Positions 59,807-64,000 of a DNA stretch of 64,000 bases are shown here, piece by piece. Source of the DNA: a bacterium (lineage in GTDB: Bacteria > Planctomycetota > JAFGQW01); the NCBI GenBank assembly GCA_030426805.1, contig JAUHXU010000001.1:605584-669583 (forward strand), written 5' to 3'. A program made the position numbers and the translations under genes. Position 1 is the stretch's first letter; every line of letters starts with the position of its first letter. The notes beneath the pieces were generated by a model, which was given only the letters and a program-made list of their open reading frames with translations, did no database searches and was not told the origin of the DNA.

Positions 59807-61906
59807 TCACTTCTTCTCTTCAAACGCCCGATTCCGCACCATCTTCTTCATGTCATACGGCGCCTTGCCCCCGCCCAACCAGCGGTGAAACCAATCCAGG
59901 TGCGCGTTGTAGTACAGCGGCATCGACTTCACGAAGCTCGGCCAGTGGCCGTCGTTCTTGAAGACGATCAACCGCGACGGCACCTTCATCTTCTGCAGGT
60001 CGGTGAAGAGCTGGATGCTCTGGGTGTAGGACACGCGGTAGTCGCGCTCACCGGCGATCACGAGGCACGGCGTCGAGAAGTTCTTCACGTAGTTGGAGGG
60101 CGAGAACCGCGTGTAGGACTCCGGCTCCTCCCACGGGATGCCGAGGTCCCACTCGACGAACCACAACTCCTCGGTCGTCGAGTACATCGACCGCAAGTCG
60201 TAGACGCCCATCATCGACGCGAGGCACTTGAAGCGCTTCGTGTGCCCCTCGAACCAGTTCATCATGTAGCCGCCGTACGACCAGCCCATCGCGCCCATGC
60301 GATCGGCGTCGACGTAGGGCAGCTTCTCGAGGGCATCCGTGACCTTCATCAGGTCTTCGAACACCGCACCGCCCCAATCACGCGAGATCGCTGCGGTGAG
60401 CTTCTGCCCGTAGCCGGTGGATCCGGTCGGGTTCGGGAACGCGACGATGTAGCCGGCGCCAGGGTAGACCTGCCAGTCCCCGCGGAACGAATCGGCCCAC
60501 ATCCCCTGCGGTCCGCCGTGCACGTTCAGAATCAGCGGGTATTTCTTCGACGGGTCGAACCCGTGCGGCTTGACGACGAAGCAGTGGACCTTCTTGCCGC
60601 CGGCACCTTCGAACCACATCTCCTCCGCCGGCCGGATGTCCACCTCCTGTTCGAGCTTCCGGTTGAGCGTCGTGAGACGAACGAGCTGCGTCGGATCGCC
60701 GCCGAAGTCCTTCCGCCACAGCTCCGGCGGTGCGCCGATCGACTTGCGCATCACGACGGCGCTCTTGCCGTCCGGCGTCAGCGAGTAGCCGCCGATCGTG
60801 TTCGCGCGCGCGACCTCCTCGATCGCACCGCCGGCGGCCGGCACCCGGAACAGCGGAATGCGCCCGGTATGGTCGGCCGTGAAGTAGATCGTCGCCCCGT
60901 CGGCCGACCACTGCGGGTCGTGCGCCCAGTAGTCGAACGCATCGGTCAGCGAGCGGCTCTCTCCGGTGCCGCGGTCCAGCACACAGAGCCGGAACCGGTC
61001 GGCCTCGTAGCGCGGCGTGAGTTGCCGCACATACGCGATCGACTTCCCGTCGGGCGAGTAGATCGGATCGCCGTCGAAGGCGTCGTTGCCGTCCGTCAGG
61101 TTCTTCGGCGCCCCCCCGTCGATCGACACGACGAACAAGTCGCCGTTGGTCGACGACCACGGGTCGGGATCGTGGTTGGAGACGAAGCAGACCTCCTTGC
61201 CGTCGGGCGACACCGCGAAGCCGCGTCCGCCGAGGGAGAACCGAGGCGAGTCGTGCTCGCCGGGCGTGAGGTCGCGCACCGCGCCGGTCGCGACGTCCGC
61301 GACGAACAGGTGGTTGCGCTTGCCGTCGAGGTAGAACGCCCAGTGCCGGTAGAGCAGCCGGTCGGCCATGTGCGCCTGGACCGGCCCCTCGGCCATCGCC
61401 TTCGTCAGCTTCTCGTGCGCCTTGCCGTCGGCCCCGTGTTCCGGGAAGACGTAGGCGCTGAACACGATCCGATCGTTGCCCGCCCACTCGGGCGCGGTCA
61501 CGCCGGGTGCGAAGTCGGTCACCTTGCGCGCCTCGCCGCCGCCCACCATATCCAGCACCCACGCCTGGGCGCTCCCGGCGCGCGACGACGTGAACAGCAG
61601 GCGCCGCCCGTCCGGCGACCAACGCGGGTGACCGCAGCTCTTCGCTCCACCGGTGAGCTTGCGCGCGCCGCGCCCGTCCACCCCGACGATCCAGACGTCG
61701 CCGCGGCTCTTGCCCTTCGGCAGGTCGTAGTCGGTCACGACGAACGCGACCCGCGCGCCGTCGGGCGAGACCTGAGGGTCGCTGACGTAGTGGAATCGGT
61801 AGAGATCGGCGATGGTGAACGGTTTCTTCGCGTCGGCAGGCTGCGCCGCGATCGCGCCGCTGACACTCAGCAGCACGGCGAGGGACCACGACAGATTCAC
61901 GCGCAT
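59807..61906 (-). CDS. S9 family peptidase (dipeptidyl peptidase 5/acylaminoacyl peptidase-like)
   Basis: Signal peptide; SPDG propeller repeats; VHGGP, GSTGYG, GWSYGG, DYRV and DGHW. Confidence 0.93.
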   Translation of the reverse strand: MRVNLSWSLAVLLSVSGAIAAQPADAKKPFTIADLYRFHYVSDPQVSPDGARVAFVVTDYDLPKGKSRGDVWIVGVDGRGARKLTGGAKSCGHPRWSPDGRRLLFTSSRAGSAQAWVLDMVGGGEARKVTDFAPGVTAPEWAGNDRIVFSAYVFPEHGADGKAHEKLTKAMAEGPVQAHMADRLLYRHWAFYLDGKRNHLFVADVATGAVRDLTPGEHDSPRFSLGGRGFAVSPDGKEVCFVSNHDPDPWSSTNGDLFVVSIDGGAPKNLTDGNDAFDGDPIYSPDGKSIAYVRQLTPRYEADRFRLCVLDRGTGESRSLTDAFDYWAHDPQWSADGATIYFTADHTGRIPLFRVPAAGGAIEEVARANTIGGYSLTPDGKSAVVMRKSIGAPPELWRKDFGGDPTQLVRLTTLNRKLEQEVDIRPAEEMWFEGAGGKKVHCFVVKPHGFDPSKKYPLILNVHGGPQGMWADSFRGDWQVYPGAGYIVAFPNPTGSTGYGQKLTAAISRDWGGAVFEDLMKVTDALEKLPYVDADRMGAMGWSYGGYMMNWFEGHTKRFKCLASMMGVYDLRSMYSTTEELWFVEWDLGIPWEEPESYTRFSPSNYVKNFSTPCLVIAGERDYRVSYTQSIQLFTDLQKMKVPSRLIVFKNDGHWPSFVKSMPLYYNAHLDWFHRWLGGGKAPYDMKKMVRNRAFEEKK

Positions 61907-61999
61907 TCGTCAGGGCTCCATCCAGTCGTTGCGGTTCGATCGCAACAGGCTATGCCCGAACGAGCAGCCGGTCAACGGCGGATGGACTATACGAACGCC

Positions 62000-62833
62000 A
62001 TGGAGATCGTGCTGCTCGGAACCGGGACCTCCCACGGCGTGCCGATGATCGGATGCGACTGCCCGACGTGCACGTCCGACGATCCCCGGGACCGGCGCAT
62101 GCGCACCGGCGTTTGGATTCGCGACGACTCGCGCGGCGTGCTGATCGACACGCCACCCGAACTGCGACTGCAAGGCCTGCGCTTCGGCATCGACCGCGTC
62201 GATGCGGTTCTCTTCACACACGCCCACGCCGACCACATCATGGGGCTCGACGACCTGCGGCGTTTCAACTGGCTCCAGAAGGCCACCATCCCGTGCTTCG
62301 GCAGGGCGGACGCGCTGGCAGTCGTGCGACGCACGTTCGACTACGCCTTCGACCCGACGCCGACCGAGACCTACCGCCCCGCGATCGAGCTCGTGGAAAT
62401 CGACGGCGACGAGCCGATCGACGCCGCCGGCATCCGCGTCGAGCCCGTCCCGATCTATCACGGCGCCCTGCCGATCCTCGGGTTTCGCATCGGCGGCTTC
62501 GCGTTCCTGACCGATACGAACCGGATCCCGGAGGCGTCGCGCGCCGCGCTGGAGGATCTCGACGTCCTCGTCCTCGACGCCCTCCGCATCGCTCCCCACC
62601 CGACCCACTACTCGCTCGCCGAAGCGGTCGAGGTGGCAACCGAGATCGGCGCGCGCCACACCTACTTCACGCACCTGACCCACGAGTTCAAACACGCGGA
62701 GACGGAGGCGACGTTGCCGGAGACGATGGGCCTGGCATACGACGGGCTGCGATTCGCGCTCGGCGATGACGGTCGCTTCGCGCCGGCCGAAACGAAAACG
62801 CCCCCCGGCCGGATCGGCTCGGAGGGCGAGTAG
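62000..62833 (+). CDS. MBL-fold phosphodiesterase (PhnP/YycJ-like)
   Basis: LGTGTSHGVPMIGCDCPTC, IDTPP, THAHADHIMGLDDLR, THLTH and LAYDG. Confidence 0.9.
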   Translation: MEIVLLGTGTSHGVPMIGCDCPTCTSDDPRDRRMRTGVWIRDDSRGVLIDTPPELRLQGLRFGIDRVDAVLFTHAHADHIMGLDDLRRFNWLQKATIPCFGRADALAVVRRTFDYAFDPTPTETYRPAIELVEIDGDEPIDAAGIRVEPVPIYHGALPILGFRIGGFAFLTDTNRIPEASRAALEDLDVLVLDALRIAPHPTHYSLAEAVEVATEIGARHTYFTHLTHEFKHAETEATLPETMGLAYDGLRFALGDDGRFAPAETKTPPGRIGSEGE

Positions 62834-62871
62834 AGTCAGACACCCGTAGAGGGTGCGACCGGGGCCGTCGC

Positions 62872-63576
62872 CTACTTCTTGCGAAGCTTCGGCGAGACCT
62901 TCGCGGTCGCTTCCTTCTGCAGCGCCTTGAAGGCGTTGGCCGTCTCGGCGCTCGGCGACACGTTCGCGGCATCCTCGGCAGCCTGCAGCTTCTCGAGGTA
63001 GCTGCCGTACGTGGCGACCGCCTTCTCGAGCGCGCCTTCGTAGCTGGCCGTGTAGCCGGTCGCGATCGCCTTCATGACCGCTTTCGGCTTGTCCGTCAGG
63101 TGTGCCGTCGCGACGACGCGTCCCTTCGGATCGGCCATGTGGAGGCCCGGCTCGAGCTTGTCGTTGGACGCGATCTTCACGACGTGAAAGAAGTCGGTGA
63201 CCATCGCCATCTTCTCGTTGCCGAAGACCTTCTTCGTCAACTCGCGGACGTCGCGACGCTTCATCGCGCTGTCGTAGACGAAGAGCATCGCCGGACGCAC
63301 CGCGGTGCGCTTGGCCGCCTTCAACGTCGCCGCCAGGTCCACGGTCGTACCGCCATCGGTCGTCGTGACCGGGACGGACTTCGCATTCAACCAATCAATC
63401 GTGAGCAGTTTCGCCACTGCGGGGCTTCGCTTCGACCCAAACTGAGTCGCGACTCGTGGGGCAGTGCGGACCGCACTACCGGAGTTGTCGTCGCTTCATC
63501 ACTGGGCGAATGCGGTTCCGCTCTGCACGCCGACGAACAGCGCGAGGAGCGAAACGGCGAACGATGTCGTTTTCAT
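62872..63576 (-). CDS. Candidate secreted selenoprotein with tandem Sec-Sec (UGA-UGA) and a CxxC-less thioredoxin-like domain
   Basis: GGAG SD and ATG at 63576; MKTTSFAVSLLALFVGVQSGTAFAQ, then TGA TGA (63501-63496), then an open frame joining the 63417-62872 ORF; SECIS-like hairpin follows. Confidence 0.7.
63460..63480 (-). promoter_or_regulatory. Bacterial SECIS-like hairpin
   Basis: mRNA GGUAGUGCG-GUC-CGCACUGCC, a 9-bp stem beginning 16 nt after the second UGA; apical GGUC resembles the E. coli fdhF SECIS upper loop. Confidence 0.65.
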
Positions 63577-63840
63577 CGCTTTCTCCATTCCGGGGTTGCC
63601 GGGGTCGTCCGCGGGGGCTGCCGGCCAACCGGCTTCTACCGCCCTCGCTTCTCTTCAAGGTTACGAGATCATATCGACCGCGAGGTGTAACAAGCGAGTA
63701 AAATCGGTTCGCTCACGCCCGCGGCGGACGGGGTTTCGCGCGCGCCGCCCCGGCGGATTCGCGCCGACTCGATCGTGGATTCCGGCACGTGCGGTGGCTA
63801 CAGTGAACCCACCCCGTTGCGCTCTCCCGAAGCCACGACC

Positions 63841-64000
63841 ATGCACCACATCGAAACCGACTCCTGGCTACGCACCGACGCCGGCGACCCACGCGGCTAC
63901 ATCGAGCCCGACCGCCTGACCGAGGTCTGGTTCCACACCGGCACGATCTGCAACCTCGCGTGCCCGTTCTGCCTCGAGGGCTCCAAGCCCGGCGACGACC
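63841..64000 (+). CDS. Radical SAM protein (N-terminal fragment, runs off the window)
   Basis: Hand translation MHHIETDSW...RGYIEPDRLTEVWFHTGTICNLACPFCLEGSKPGDD contains CxxxCxxC. Confidence 0.85.
   Translation, partial: MHHIETDSWLRTDAGDPRGYIEPDRLTEVWFHTGTICNLACPFCLEGSKPGDD

Noticed and set aside
59396-62833. 1145-aa ORF as a large fusion protein
   Set aside because: Only the last 277 aa (from ATG 62000) are a real PhnP-like hydrolase; the rest is antisense to the S9 peptidase and the repeat.
63496-63501. Genome-wide UGA reassignment (Trp or Gly) as the explanation for the tandem UGA
   Set aside because: Many genes here end in TGA at their expected C-termini (rpsD, mdh, speD) and Trp is encoded by TGG. 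A pseudogene explanation is disfavoured because of the adjacent SECIS-like hairpin and otherwise intact frame, but it is not excluded.

Overview
High-GC (about 70% by eye) bacterial chromosomal DNA, most likely from an uncultured Planctomycetota lineage. The basis for that call is the S4 sequence style, HEAT-vWA proteins, expanded carboxypeptidase-regulatory-like proteins, a planctomycete-type secretin-like domain and ECF/anti-sigma pairs. About 52 densely packed CDS are present, mixing housekeeping genes (RNase II-family, speD-speE, rpsD, mdh, galK, murJ, ALDH7) with many secreted proteins and peptidases. I found no rRNA, tRNA, CRISPR array, transposase or prophage. Two signals stand out. (1) At 63576-62872 (minus strand) a hidden gene has an SD and ATG, a complete signal peptide, two adjacent in-frame UGA codons, an fdhF-like SECIS hairpin and then an open thioredoxin-like domain. 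This is a candidate secreted selenoprotein with tandem Sec-Sec at its mature N-terminus, transcribed divergently from a radical SAM gene. (2) Six secreted proteins with different passenger domains share a similar ~110-125 aa C-terminal domain, suggesting an unnamed lineage-specific sorting or anchoring signal. Also noted: an ECF-linked secretin-like gene, REP-like intergenic repeats, an orphan terminator facing against its flanking genes, and several enzymes with altered catalytic motifs. All calls were made by eye from motifs; no database searches were run, and start codons are best estimates.
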